Notes under the pieces: generated by a model
Databases searched by the model: none
Told to the model about the DNA's origin: nothing
What the model saw: only the letters and a program-made list of their open reading frames with translations
Assembly (NCBI GenBank): GCA_951406725.2
Contig: OX597815.1
Span: 120,590,001-120,654,000 of the forward strand
Length of the DNA stretch: 64,000 bases
From: Octopus vulgaris
Lineage: Eukaryota
Reading direction: 5' to 3'
Made by a program: the position numbers and the translations under genes
Part shown: positions 12,259-25,559 of the stretch, one piece after another
Layout of the letters: every line of letters starts with the position of its first letter
How positions within the stretch are numbered: the first letter of the stretch is position 1

Positions 12259-12689
12259 TTTTGTTGGCATCCTTTTGTCTCGGAAGACAATGGAGTTGCG
12301 TATAAACTAATCCAGTCTGGTGTTTACATTTCGTGTCCTCTCCAGTTTCCTCTCCAGTTTTGCGCAGGCCTTGGCTAGATGTAAGAAAATCCTGGGTAGC
12401 CCAATCGTCAGAATTCATCTCTTGACCTTGCTGACGTAGTCCAAAGGAGTGCAGAGCATTACGTTTGACACCAGCTTGGTTGCAGGAGCTGCCGGAAGAG
12501 TGGCGAGTCGAACACTAAACCGTCTACGGGGCTCCACTCCGGATTTCTTTGAAGGTTGTCTCCTTTCCGTAACCCAGGATAGGGGCCCATACTATGTTCT
12601 GTCATCTGGAGCCAGCTGAGCCAGGGACTCGTGTCAGGCAGGGTCGTCACTCCCTGAAGTAGTGAAGAAAATCGCTACCCACTACCTAT
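12259..12689 (-). mobile_element. Non-autonomous retroposon, possibly Vingi/Ingi- or RTE-related
   Basis: GC-rich insert of about 430 bp flanked by an 11-bp direct repeat TTATTTGATAT (12248-12258, 12690-12700). The tail CTCCATTGTCTTCCGAGACAAAAGGATGCCAAC resembles vertebrate Vingi-type ends from memory only. Confidence 0.55.
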
Positions 12690-12770
12690 TTATTTGATAT
12701 AGAATGTTGAAAATTGATAGTTTTAAATATGTAATTCTGATTTGTAATCACATCGCCTATATATATAATA

Positions 12771-13012
12771 ACAAAACAGGAAAATGGAATTTTTTTTGAT
12801 ATCATATAGTCGCCATTACACGTGTTTCGTTTGCTAATAGGAATTATGAAAGACTTACATGTTCAATAAACATTTATGGAATTTCTTATCAGAAATTCGT
12901 AAGAAAATTCCATACATGTCTATCTAACATAAAAACTTTCATAATTCCTATTAGCAAATGAAATACAAGTAAAGGAAAATAATACCAAAAAATTTCCTTT
13001 TTCCTGTTTTGT
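12771..13012. mobile_element. Foldback/MITE-like palindrome
   Basis: ACAAAACAGGAAAA...TTTTCCTGTTTTGT termini and internal TTTGCTAATAGGAATTATGAAAG/CTTTCATAATTCCTATTAGCAAA arms. Confidence 0.8.
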
Positions 13013-13084
13013 CATACAAATAATAATATCTGCAAATAACATTTTCATAGTTCTCAATTTTAATATGTATTTAGACTAACTTAC

Positions 13085-13198
13085 AGCAGCAACTTTGCAT
13101 ATATATTGATTGTAATAATGGAATAAGCAGATGCACTTCAAGAGGAAACAGATGAGATTTATGTCTAGCAAGGTCATAATCATGATGACTGCCGTGAC
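13085..13198 (-). CDS. Candidate 114-nt internal exon encoding a hydrophobic, TM-like segment
   Basis: TTACATTTAG acceptor, GTAAGT donor and open phase-0 frame VTAVIMIMTLLDINLICFLLKCICLFHYYNQYICKVAA; no partner exons confirmed. Confidence 0.35.
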
Positions 13199-13447
13199 CT
13201 AAATGTAATAATTTCTTACACTGCTCCTCAATCAGAAATTTGTAGGGGAAACAACATGGCTTATTTATCGATCCCAATAAATGACTGATTCCTATTTTAT
13301 TGATCTGATAGGGGTGAAAGGAAAACTTAATTCCAAAAGAATTTAAACTCGAAAAGTAGGACAAAACCTAATAATTTATAGCTCTCTGCAGTTTTAACAT
13401 TCCATTGTTTCTTGAATAAATCGAAGTACCATGACTAGTTCTTAACC

Positions 13448-13948
13448 CAATGGCTTCCAACTTGTGGTCCGCAGATTCTTGGTGGCTTGCATTGGTAGAA
13501 TTGGGGATCTGTCAGCTAAGTTCAAAATTTCCCGAGACTGCAATGCAAAAATGCATAATTACTCACAATGAGGTTGATAATTATAAACTTCCAAACTTTC
13601 CTGAATCTGCAGAAAAAGCTTCTTTCTCTTTTTCTTTTCTTTTTCTTTTTAGTTGCTTTTAAATACAGGATCTAATCTTTATAAATATGTTTGCTATTGC
13701 TCCTGAAATCTGGAAAATAATATCAAAGAAGCGGCTCTATCCGTCTCATTCAACAAGAGCTAGTTGCTTTTCGCTTTTGATTAACATTACTATTTATTTA
13801 GTAGTTAAGATGCAACTGAGAAAAAGAATTTGAGATTCGTTGCTAAAACCGACTTGTTAAATAGAAAGACATTTCTGAAGCTTGGGGTCCATGAGAAAAT
13901 TAATATAAACCAAAAGGTTCTTTGTAAGTGAAAAGTTGGGAATCATTG
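13448..13948. mobile_element. hAT-type MITE
   Basis: CAATGGCTTCCAACTTGTGGTCCGC...GGGGTCCATGAG...AAAAGTTGGGAATCATTG terminal pattern typical of Charlie-like MITEs; the 8-bp TSD is only partly conserved. Confidence 0.55.
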
Positions 13949-14622
13949 ACTTAGAATAAGAGCAAGGCTCGAAATATTAGCTTCTTCACATCCTGTAGCA
14001 GCAGAATTTATTGAATTCTTCAATGGATTAACTGTTATCAACATAGATCTCAGATTTTCTCAGATTTTGGAGTTTACCCTAAAGAAATACGAAACCAGCT
14101 TGACGAGATTTAAGGTCGCATCGGAAAGGGACAGGGATAAATACTGAAATACTTTTGATCTGGTGCCCTATTTTTTTACCATTCCATATTTACAATTCCA
14201 CTGCATTCGAGTTGCAACATAATGTTAAACTACCGTGTGTACAGAGAGAGACCTGTCCGGGGTCTCGCTGAAGGAGAGGCTGTGTATTAATAGGGAAAAC
14301 AGTAGACTGCTTCTTGGTTCAAACACCTTCTTTACTGCATTAAAAAGATGTACGCAAAAGGTTTGTAAGTAGATGGAAAGTTGCATCATAGCTACACAAC
14401 CAACTGCTGCACTATTGCATTTGACGCGTGACATCTCCCAGTTATATGCGTGCGTGTGTCGTGTGTGTGTATGTGTGTGTGTGTTTAAAACCCGCCGAGG
14501 TCAACTTTACTTTTGTTTTTGCCTTTCCGGGGTCGATAAAATACCACGCAAATGGTGGGTCGATATAATCAATTAAACCCCTCTTTCAAATTTAAGATCT
14601 TTTGTCTAAATAAGAAATCAAT

Positions 14623-14706
<84 letters not shown>

Positions 14707-15001
14707 TCACATAACACGCATAAGTGCCACATACAATACTCATATATATATTTACATACATACGCACACTCATACAAAGATATATATGTATATATAAGTT
14801 TAAATGTAACGTATTTGTGTGAATGCATGTGTGCGTATATGTCTGATATCTCTCTACATACACACAAATGCAAGCATAGAAAAAGTAAACTTACATTTTG
14901 TTCTTGAGTTGCCAATAGAAAGGAAATATTCTTGCAAACTTTCTTTCATACAGTTGAGTATGGTTATCTATGACGTCAAATCATGACATCATTATCAATG
15001 A

Positions 15002-16992
15002 TCTATACACATAAAACAAAGGGTGTCTATGTGTGTAGTACGTATGCATTTCTACGGCCTTAAACCGATTTTCACAAAACTTTACCCACACATTACTTAT
15101 GTGCCAAGGATAATTATGCACAATAACATTTTGCCCACAGCTTCCGCATAATGCGATAAACCGGGAAAAATTGTGTTTTACACGGGTTTTTCTCTAAAAC
15201 TTTCAGCAGTTTTCAACCGATTCTCTCTCTTTTCTCTCTGTTTATTTCTCTATTCTCTGTGTTTATCTCATTCTCTGATTTTCTTGCTTGCACATATTCT
15301 CTCTCACCCTCTGTAATAGTTCCTCTCTTTTAATCTCTCTCTCTCTCTTATTCTCTCTTTCTCTCTAACTCACACACTAACTTCAGCCTGCAAATTGCAT
15401 TCCTTGTATTTAAATTAGTCGCGTGAAAAAATCTCTGTTGTTACAATTTTTGTACGTTTTCCCTGAAAAATAATTTAGTTATGTTTCATTTTTGTTCACC
15501 CATTGTGTTTAAATTCAGTTTTAGCAAATATCCTTAAAAATTGACTTCAGTGTATTTCAATTTTGTCGTGCATAAATATCTTTGTCTTTACGGTATTTGT
15601 ACGTTCTTCCAACAAAGGATGTCTGTGTGTCTGTGTATGTAGTACGTATACATTTCTACAATTTCCTGTCCGTGTAAGTTTTGCGATGTCGATCACCAAA
15701 TCGCAGGGGCAAACACTCTCTGTAGCAGAACTTCACTTGGAGGAATCGTGTTTACACACATGGGCAATTGTATGTTGGCTGCTCCAATGTGGGGACCAAA
15801 AACAATCTATTTGCATCTGCCCCGCAAGGTAAAACAAAAAATATTGTCTACAGCGAGGTTCTGTAGGCTTTCTATATACCTACCTCCACGCATCTTTCAG
15901 ACTACTTGCTCCAATAAACTCACAATTTGTGTAAATACTAAAGAGAGGTGGGCACGAAGAAAGGTTGGTGAAGATGTTGATGGACATCCTGGCAATTGCC
16001 TCGGAAGAGTTTACACAGTCCATCCCAGTCAACAGGAGTGTTTCTAGGATCTGTAAACCTTTGATGACTAGGTATGTGGAACATACCGGCAGGCTTGCTT
16101 CAAGTACGGGTTGCAAGAAGATGAGGCACAGTGGGATGCAACGCTGGAAGAGGCTGCTGCATCAAGGTCCCAGCCTCAGGAGTGTTTGCACGGTCCATCA
16201 CAATCCACAGGAGTGTTTCTACCCCAGTCTTTTATTGCACAAGGTCAGAGGACCAACGTGTTTCTATGACTTGAAAAACTTTGATGGTGAGGTATGTAGA
16301 ACATACTAGGAGGCCTGCTTCAAGCGCGGGATGCTAGAACATGAGGCACAGTGTCATGCAACGCTGGCAGATGCATCAAAGTCCCCCAAACGTCTCGGTA
16401 CATTATTTGCAGTGATATTACAAATATGCATGTTATGTGATCCCAGTTCTTTCAGTTCAAGTACATGGTTGTGAAAAGGTAGAAGACGTCTTCATACCGA
16501 GGATTCCCCTTATTCTGTCGAGAGCGGAAACCCCCTTTACTTTCAGGTGTTTGCAATTTCCTGTTCGTGTAAGTTTTGCGATGTCGAGCAACAAATCGCA
16601 GGGGCAAACACTCACTGTTTGCCTAGAGGACTCGTTAGCAGCGCTGCTGAAGCTGGTAAGTTTGTACAGTTTTGTATGATTTTACCGAAAAATTGACTAT
16701 TGAACGTTTAAGACATTTTAAATTGTAATATTCTTCCTTTTTTATATGTATTTTCATCAATTTCAAGTCATTATACACCCTTAAATTTCAAATTTCAAAC
16801 CGGTATTTTTCTCTATTTTTCTCTATTTTTGCGGTTGTGACATATTTCAAAAATATTTTGTACGTTTTTGTGAATTATGGTACGTTTTGGCATGGAATTC
16901 TGTAGGTTTTTCAAAAAAGCTTCGGCAGCGCTGGTCGTTAGACTAAAAAAATAAGCGTTCACACCCTGAGCAACGCCGAGTACCTCTTCTAG
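15002..16992 (+). mobile_element. Non-autonomous Helitron carrying shuffled RepHel (Pif1-like helicase) fragments
   Basis: A|TC 5' end and CTAG|T 3' end preceded by a GAGCAACGCCGAG hairpin-like segment; QFPVRVSFAMSITKSQGQTL...HGQLYVGCS (helicase motifs V/VI) and LLLHKVRGPTCFYDLK...EAC. Confidence 0.85.
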
Positions 16993-17375
16993 TATAATAT
17001 AAAGCCATGGGCGTTTATTTATCATACATACTAGCTAGTATTATAAACAGAGGCTTATTCTTGGTATCCATCTGTATGTGATCAACCTTCAAGACAAGAA
17101 GAACGTCATATGGAAGGAGTGTCACTCACCCACTTCTTATTATGACGTTCATCTTTTTCTCAGAGGTATTAAGCAATACAGATATAATAGATATAGTGGG
17201 AATCAAAATCAACTTGCATATTTTGTTACGTTGGTGCTTACTTTCTTATTTCAACTCCCTTAGTTCAAATCCCACAATGGTCAATTTTGCCTAAGCATGT
17301 ATTTTAAAAATGTTTTATTTGTCGTGTCTTTAATATTTGAAAGTGAAGCTGTTCACAATCGACGTATGCACAAAT

Positions 17376-17432
<57 letters not shown>

Positions 17433-17553
17433 TATAGGTATACATGTGGATGTGCATAAATATGTATATACATTTACACATAATATATGCATGCACCCAA
17501 ACACACACATATATGCCTATGCATGTATATATATAGAGGGGTATGTGTATATG

Positions 17554-17853
17554 TTTGTTCCTTCTCGAGCCATGCCTGGCTCATAAGGGCCGGTTTCCCG
17601 GTTTCCTTGGCGTATACGTTCCCCACCTGGACGGGACGCCGGTCCGTCGCAGGTGAGCTGCAAGATGCAGGAGGAAAGAGTGAGAGAAAGTTGTGGTGAA
17701 AGAGTCAGCAGAAGTTCGCCATTACCTTCTGCCGGAGCCGCGTGGAGCTTAGGTGTTTCGCTCATAAACACACATCGCCCGGTCTGAGATGCGAACCCGC
17801 GATCCCTCGACCGCGAGTCCACTGCTCTAACCACTAGGCCATGTACCTCCACA
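17554..17853 (-). mobile_element. tRNA-derived SINE, family C
   Basis: Head GTGGAGGTACATGGCCTAGTGGTTAGAGCAG...GGTTCGCATC; 3' end shared with 2016-2263. Confidence 0.82.
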
Positions 17854-18839
17854 TGTGTATATGTATGATACGTATATCTGCATAGTTTCGAACATAGAAT
17901 CGAAACTGGGTCGTGGCATCATACGCAATTAAAATTACTAATGAAACCATAAATCGAGGTTGCAAACCAAACTCTTACTAAAGTGAGTCTATGGAATAGC
18001 TTTGATCAGGTTGAAGTAAATTCGCTTCAGTTGTAACCTTAATGTCCTTGAAAAAAATAATAATATGCTTTCTTTCTGCTACTCTAAACGTGTGTAGACT
18101 ACCAAGCCCTTATTGGAATCTTTTTCGTGAATTTTAAGTCCTGGTTCACTTACAGTACTAATACTTTTTCAAAATGCAGGAACGTCAACATATATTTCTT
18201 TCTCATAAAATTAGAGCTTTGTGCTTAGTCAAGAGAAACTAATGCTGAAACAATATGAAAACTTGTGAAGAAAATAAGAAAATTCTATGGTGACTCGTGA
18301 TTTCAAAAGGCACTAATTGTAAAACATAACTGATTTTAATAAAATATCTTCTATAAGAAATTGTATGCAATCATATATATCATATATTTTCGAGCGAAAT
18401 GGGAAAATATAAACTTATTCTGTGAATATTATGAAGGCTTTACTTTGCAGATGAATTCTAATTACCCGAAACGTGCAAACACAAATCAAGTTTCTTCACT
18501 ACGCGTGAAAATGAATTTTCTGTGGTATTAACTCTCAATTTCTTTAAAATGATCTCCCCCTTTGGTCAAGAATCGTCAATAATTGAAAAGACTTCTTTTG
18601 TTGCTGCTTTTTTTTTATTGCAACTAAAACCATTGTGTATTTTTGAGCACGCCAGTTTGTACATCGCCAACAATCTGAATTATGTCATACATGAAACTTC
18701 AATTCAAAAAGTTTTATGTTTATGTGCGTGCGCGTGAATATGTATATGCATATATGCTTATATATATGTATATATATGTGTATGTGTGCGCGCGCGTGTG
18801 TGTGTATGAATATGTATATATGAGAAGTCGCTGGCTTGG

Positions 18840-18980
18840 GATAGCTTAGTCTGAGTACCCCTAGCTGTAATTATTACATCAGAAGATCTGCTAGCTAGGA
18901 AACATATGTAGCATGGATTTTACTTGTTCCACTCCTTCAATTTGGATTTTTATTCGCATTCATGGCAACTCTGGTTGCTA
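18840..18980 (+). mobile_element. Degenerate repeat related to the 26386-26550 hammerhead-bearing family
   Basis: GAAACATATGTAGCATGGATT (18899-18919) and TTCGCA...GCAACTCTGGTTGC match 26460-26480 and about 26515-26540. Confidence 0.5.
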
Positions 18981-21900
18981 ACCGTGAGCTATACAAACAT
19001 TTTCAGCTTATCGAATTTCCCCATAGCTTCGGTATAGGAAAAAGTATGTAACCTTTGACGCCAATAAATTGTTATTGTTCCTGAACGTACACGGTTCCCT
19101 TTTTGTTTTCTATTCCTGCCACGGACCGCTTGAAGCTTACAAACCTCCTACACTTGGATCTCTGGATCTTGCCCTTATATATCGATAATCACACACACAC
19201 ACACACACACTAACACACACACACACACACATATATGTGTGTGTCTATGTATATATAATTTTAACGGAAGGTTAATTAAACAAATAACTGTTTCTGTTAT
19301 TTGAAGATTGTTGTGCTAAATTAAGAGTGTGAGAATCAGTGACTTTAATCTCTTCCTCAAGGTCAGGACAATAAAATAATCGAATTGTCCTTTACGTGGG
19401 AATTGAAACTTTATCCCCTTATTCTTTGCCGTAATTTTACCTCTATCGTCTTTCCTCACTATAAATTAGCCGGTAATATTCTAACGGAAAAACGATTCCT
19501 TATGTGAATTCCTTAGTTGTTTCTTTGTGTTTCCTGATTCTAAAATATTATACGCAACAAAAATGTCACGTGTTCGGAGTATTTTATCGTGTGCTAAATA
19601 TTACATAGGAAAAAAAAAAAGAAACTTTAATCACTTCTAGTTAAAATACTTGCACGAGTTTCCTGTTGTTAAGTGACTAATTACTTAGATTTTCATATAT
19701 CTGATCCTTAGCGCATTTTTCGTTCTTTTTTTCTTTCTTAACGTTATTATCCAGACAAATAATACCGAACTTCTTTTGTTTCCTTTTTGTCTTTCTGAAA
19801 GATTCGGTTACTTTTGTTTCTCAATAACCTTTTTTTGAAATACTATTTCTTCTGATCAACGGTAATATGTTTTTCACTATTATCTAGACGCTAACTGGCC
19901 TCCAGAATAAAATATTTTATTCACAGTCACAACATTGAAAAAGTTTCTTTATTTCTTACTCCACTTTGATAGAATCTATGAAAGTAGCAACTAACCGAGT
20001 CAATAGGAATGGTACATAACACATAATAATCCATTTTACCGAAGCTGTAAATAGGTGGCGTGTAGAAGTGGTGAGATTGCCTATTTGATGACTAATATTA
20101 TAAGCGCTGCAATCACATCACTCGGGGAAAATAAAACGGGCACACCACCACAACGTTTTCTGCTCTAAATTATTTACCATTTAAAAAACTGGGATTGCCA
20201 CGACAATTCACCTGGTAAGTGGACATAACGTAGTCTCTCTCCCTGAGATTTTTCTACAAATATAAGAAACTTGTTTTTTTTTCTTTTTAATTTACTGAGC
20301 CGACAGAATAGTCAATACGCCGAAAGAAAAAAAAAACGCTTAACGGTATTTTTCCGGCTTTACTTTCTGAGTTCAAAGGCTTTTCTGGGTCGTTAAAATA
20401 AGTACCAGTCGAGCACTGCGGTCGATATCATCGATTTAGATCCTTATCCCCTAAAGTTGCTGGCTTTATATCAAAATTTGAAACATATATTTTTAACTGA
20501 GTAATGACTACTTGACTGATTTCACGAACCGAGTAGATCACGGATGAATAAGGCCAATCTTAAGTAAATAGATTAACTATTCAGAGTGCGGCAAATTTCC
20601 AACAAATAGTGAATGCTGCATTGAAGCAAGCTCCAGGTACAGCAGTATATCTTGAGATTATGTTTCCTTACTGGCAAAGTTGAGGCAATCCACTGGCAAA
20701 TCGATAGCTATGACGTAGGCAAGATGAAAGACAAATATTGAGAACGAGTCAAGCAAGCAACAAATATAGAGATGAAATAGAGAAAGGCTAGAATATTTTT
20801 GTCTCCGAGAAGAAAAGGTTGAACGGGAGTCCACAGATGAATTGGTATAGAAGGAGTAAATGTGGGACAGATTCCATTGTTAAAGGATTTATAATAGGAT
20901 CATAATTTTCGTTTGTGCCCGGAAGTTTTCATTCAATCTTAAAATTATAATTATTACGTTACACCGTATAGTTTAAAATTAATTAACTCTGTAGAATTAA
21001 TAGATTAAAGTTTTAGTCTTACTTTTAAAAAATATTGGTCTTTTAACCAGCTTTCTTAAAATGGTCATTCTCCAGTTATACAACATGTGTGTATTTTCTT
21101 ATGTAAGATTAATATTTAATACATGTTTAATTCTTCAATTTAAAGTAAATTATTTATATTTATTGAAATAGTTGTATATTAATTGTCAGTATGCATGCAG
21201 TTATTATACGATACACTTAATATAATTTATATAACTTTTAGAATAAACAATTTAAAAGCTTTCAAAATATCAAAAATACATTTGGTGAAACAAACGAATG
21301 TGTGACATTGCGAAATTAAAGAAAATCCATTAAAACAATTCAGATTTTCACACAGAAAAATAAAAATTAATTCAAAATATCTAACCGATACTGTTAGTCA
21401 TGAAAGCAAATATCTTAATATATGAATAAATATATTTGTATTTTAGCAAAATACTGGCAAATTCCGCATAGTATCGGACAGAACAGTGTGTTCTTTGCGG
21501 ACAGTTACATTTCATAGTTATATACATAGAATGAAATATCTCCTACCAATAACACGATTTAACTTGTTATAAATGAGGACGAATAAAGTAAAAAATCATA
21601 TTTTTTTCACTAGTATGTTGTTGAATATATCAAAAACATTTTTCCTGTTTGTTCAAATAAAAGTCTTTATCAATGAAAATACCTACTACTGAAAATATCG
21701 CATTTCTTGTGTGTTAAATAGATATTTACTTTAGCATTTCTTTTAACACAATAATCTCTTTAAGTGCTTTTAAAAACTTTCGCTTATGCGTTTTCACTGT
21801 TTATACAAACAAAACTAATTTGTGCAGTTTATCAAAAACAAATTTATTGATATCTGCCTACCATTACTGAGGATCTTGTTTCTATTTATTGCTTGATCAA

Positions 21901-22199
21901 CGGAAGCCTAATATTATGGAAACTTGCGTAACAGCAATGAAATACAGACTTATCTTTACATCAATCATTAATTTTTACACAAGTATGCTAAGGTAAATAT
22001 CGTTTGAAAATAAGTAATGAATATCTTCAATGTAGCCCTTTCGATGGATTATTATTTGAACTAACGAGAAAAAGAAATTGACAAATTAACTAACTTTCAA
22101 TCACCACTAAGCTTCGTTTTGTAGAGAAATCCAGAACAAACATTGCAGTGCACTCTCAACGTACGTCTGTAGATGGGAGAATACAGCTGGGAGAAGATA

Positions 22200-22780
22200 C
22201 TTGATTTAGTAGTAAGAATAATCTACTCACCACTCTCACCTACCCTTTAGTAAATTTACTGACAGGCAGCACGTTTTTCTCCACTTCTACATTCCACTCA
22301 AAGTGGCTCTTCAAGAAGCTTATAACGAGGTTGGCCGCAAAGTAGTCTCCGTTTTCAGTCTTTTCAATTGCTTCCGCCATATAATCATTTTTATTATAGA
22401 TAGCAGACAAAGAAAACCCACTTTCCTTTGTCGGTCAAAGGAGGGTGATAGGGCGATCCTTACGATGGACTTATATACGACAACAGCTGTTCAACATATG
22501 CACAAGCCAACATACTTATGCACTGAACTTGTACATCGGGCTAACAATATTTCCGTGCTTCTAGAGCTTATCCTGAATCTGGAATGCTTTGTCCTTCCCA
22601 TAACACTACCACGTAAGAGATTCCTGAAAATTATTTATTATCCCAGAGTTGTAAATCCGCTGGCAATCTGGGAATAGACTTTTATCAAGTTTATCGTGTC
22701 GTCGCTAAGAATCTCACCGAGAAAGTCGTTGCTCTTCTCCACCATTAATCTTTTACTGAATGCAAAGGTTGGCCTATCTA
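22200..22780 (-). mobile_element. Old L1/Tx1 ORF2 C-terminal remnant
   Basis: Minus translation RDKL*KHG...SIVRIALSPSFDRQRKVGFLCLLSIIKMIIWRK... aligns by eye to the 4780-5240 L1 C-terminus. Confidence 0.65.
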
Positions 22781-23354
22781 TCATAAACTGCTTTGCCCGA
22801 CAGTAGATGTCCAGAGCTAAGGATAATTTTTGCTGACTAATTACAAGTTCTATTAAATAGACAAACTACTAGAAAACATGCCTGAAAACGTGGCTACACT
22901 TTCTCACTGCCCACAAAGCTCCATAGACATTGCAGCTACATCTCAAGCTTGCGTATCATCAGCCATGGTTTATTGAGCGTGTAAAGATTTTTCTAGGAGA
23001 CGATCCTCTTTCCAGTAGAATGCTTCCACAAGAAGCGAAGGAGCAGACGCACCGACCTGGTCAGATGAGAACTAGAGCAAAGCTTGACGGTTGGAAGGTA
23101 GTAAATAATAGAGACGATGTATGCATGCATTCACTAACTCTGGTTTTTCAATATACATAAAAAAATCTCCAACAGTCATTGGAAACGCAGCATATAGAGT
23201 ATGACCAATGCAAAAGAAAAACTCAGAAGTAAAATATTGCACGAACTTTAGGTACGTAGAGTTGGCTGAGTAGTTGTGAAAACATGCAGTAAGAATAAGA
23301 CTACTGAAACAACAACAAAGAGGTTGACGACAACGATAATAATAGCAATTCTAA

Positions 23355-23576
<222 letters not shown>

Positions 23577-24086
23577 GATCTTAACTGATTGGAAGTGCTA
23601 TCATGTACATTGACTTGTCTTGGTATAAAAGATGGGCTACAGCAAATATAATATTCTGTTCAATACCAAAGATTTGCTTGTCAGTTGCTTGACCCCAGCC
23701 AGTTGAACATGTCCCTTAATGTCTGACGATATGTGCAGCTCTGATCACGAGCAGATGTAGTGGGGAAGCATCATAGCCATGTGTTGAGAGAAATTCTTTG
23801 AGGTTTGGCTAATTCAACTCTGGAAGCATGGGTGTTTCGTTCATCATCCTTAAAAACCCTTATTCGGGGATCTTTTGAGCAGAATGGGCTACTCGACCTG
23901 AAGAAAATTCTAACTGGGCCCCACCTGCAAGGTCATGCGCTGATATTAGATCACCATGTCGTGCACATACGGTTATGATGCATTACCTGGTGTGCCCTTA
24001 TCAGACAGGTAGTCATGATGGGTATATTTAGCTTCGTATATTTGTATCCCAGTGTCACTTCGATGGCATGCACTGCTCTCTCACGC

Positions 24087-24087
<1 letters not shown>
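23577..24087. mobile_element. Unclassified element of about 510 bp embedded in (AAT)n
   Basis: Non-repetitive sequence bounded by AAT arrays on both sides (23355-23576 and 24088-24148); no ORF similarity recognised. Confidence 0.45.
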
Positions 24088-24142
<55 letters not shown>

Positions 24143-24364
24143 TAATAATTACTTTTGATTTAGACAAAAAGCCAGCAATTTTGAGAGAAGGGGTAAGTCT
24201 ATTCCATCGATCTAGTATTTTATTTTATCGACCCCAAAAGGATGAAATGCTCGGCAGGATGTGAACTCAGGATATTAATGTTGGAATAATTGTTGCAATA
24301 CAGTTTTTCCGAGTCTCTCATGATTCCACCAGTTAATATTTTTTAAAAATCATTAAGTGTTGAA

Positions 24365-24720
24365 GACGTGACTGTATGGTAAGAAGCTTGCTTCCCAACC
24401 ACATGGTTCCAGGTTCAGTCCCACAGCACGGTACCTTGGGCAAGTGTCTTCTACTATAGCCTCAGATTTGGCAGATGGAAACTGAAAGAAGCCCGTCGTA
24501 TATACATGTATGTGCGTGTGTGTGTGTGTGTCTTTGTGTCTGTGTTTGTCTCCCATCACCATTTAACAACCGGTGTTGATGTAACTTAGTGGTTCGTCCA
24601 AAGAGACCGATAGAATAAGTATTACGCTTTAAAAAGTCTTGGGGTCGATTTGTTCGGCTAAAACTTTTCAAGGCCGTACCCCAGCATGGCCACAGTCAAG
24701 TGACTGAAACAAAGAAAAGA
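24365..24720 (+). mobile_element. tRNA-derived SINE, family B
   Basis: GTGACTGTATGGTAAGAAGCTTGCTTCCCAACCACATGGTTCCAGGTTCAGTCCC head and CCAGCATGGCCACAGTCAAGTGACTGAAACA tail. Confidence 0.85.
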
Positions 24721-24734
24721 TAAAAAAAATAAAG

Positions 24735-25190
24735 TATAAGTAACTGGGAATGCTAGAAAGTAACAAAATCAAAAGCATAGAAATGAAGGAAGCCCTCAGC
24801 AAAAAATATTTTCGTATAAAGGTTCTAGCGTGGAAGGCAAAAGTTCGCCTTTCAGAAATTCACAAAGACTGTCAACTTCGCTCAAATATCCTATTTACAA
24901 TATGGTGTCAAACTTTTCTTCGCTCGAAGCTGTGACCTGTTAACGGATAACTTATGTCTTCTACGCTGCAATCGCTTTAGTTTCAGCATATGATCTCTGA
25001 TCAAAACACTTGCTATGCAAGTACATCTTCGATAAAGATTCTGAAATCCAAATTGAATGCGGAAAGCATCATTCGGGCAATCAGCTTGAGAGCAGTATTC
25101 TTTATAAATCTGAAAGACATCGACAGGAAAATGAGACAGCAGCTCACAATGTACAGGACTAGAGAAGACAATTTTAGATTCCTATGAAGG
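24735..25190 (+). mobile_element. R4/Dong-like non-LTR RT C-terminal remnant, interrupted by an insertion
   Basis: YK*LGMLESNKIKSIEMKEALSKKYFR / KILKSKLNAESIIRAISLRAV...DIDRKMRQQLTMYR matches the R4/Dong YKYLG...KILKSKLN...DRKTRKLLTM pattern. Confidence 0.7.
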
Positions 25191-25559
25191 AGAAGAAACA
25201 CTTCTGAAGGGGATGGTGTAATGTAAAGTAAAATAATTATCCTCCCTTTAAAGTATGAAGCCTGATTCTGTCAATGGAGTGTCTAATAGATTCCATTTGA
25301 TGATGATGATGATGATTTTGATGGTGATGATGATAATGATGATGATGTGTGTCTGTGTGTGGGTGCACCTTACGTACACAGCCCTACAACACATCCTCAC
25401 ACTTATGTGTGTACATATGTATATATTTATGTTTACATTATTGGATTTTAGAAACTGCGAGAGAAATGAACTTATTTTATTACAGCGGAACTGGATGCTG
25501 ATGAAGTTATAAATAAAAACGTGTGGAATATTGGATTAAATAAAACTAACTCAGGTGAA

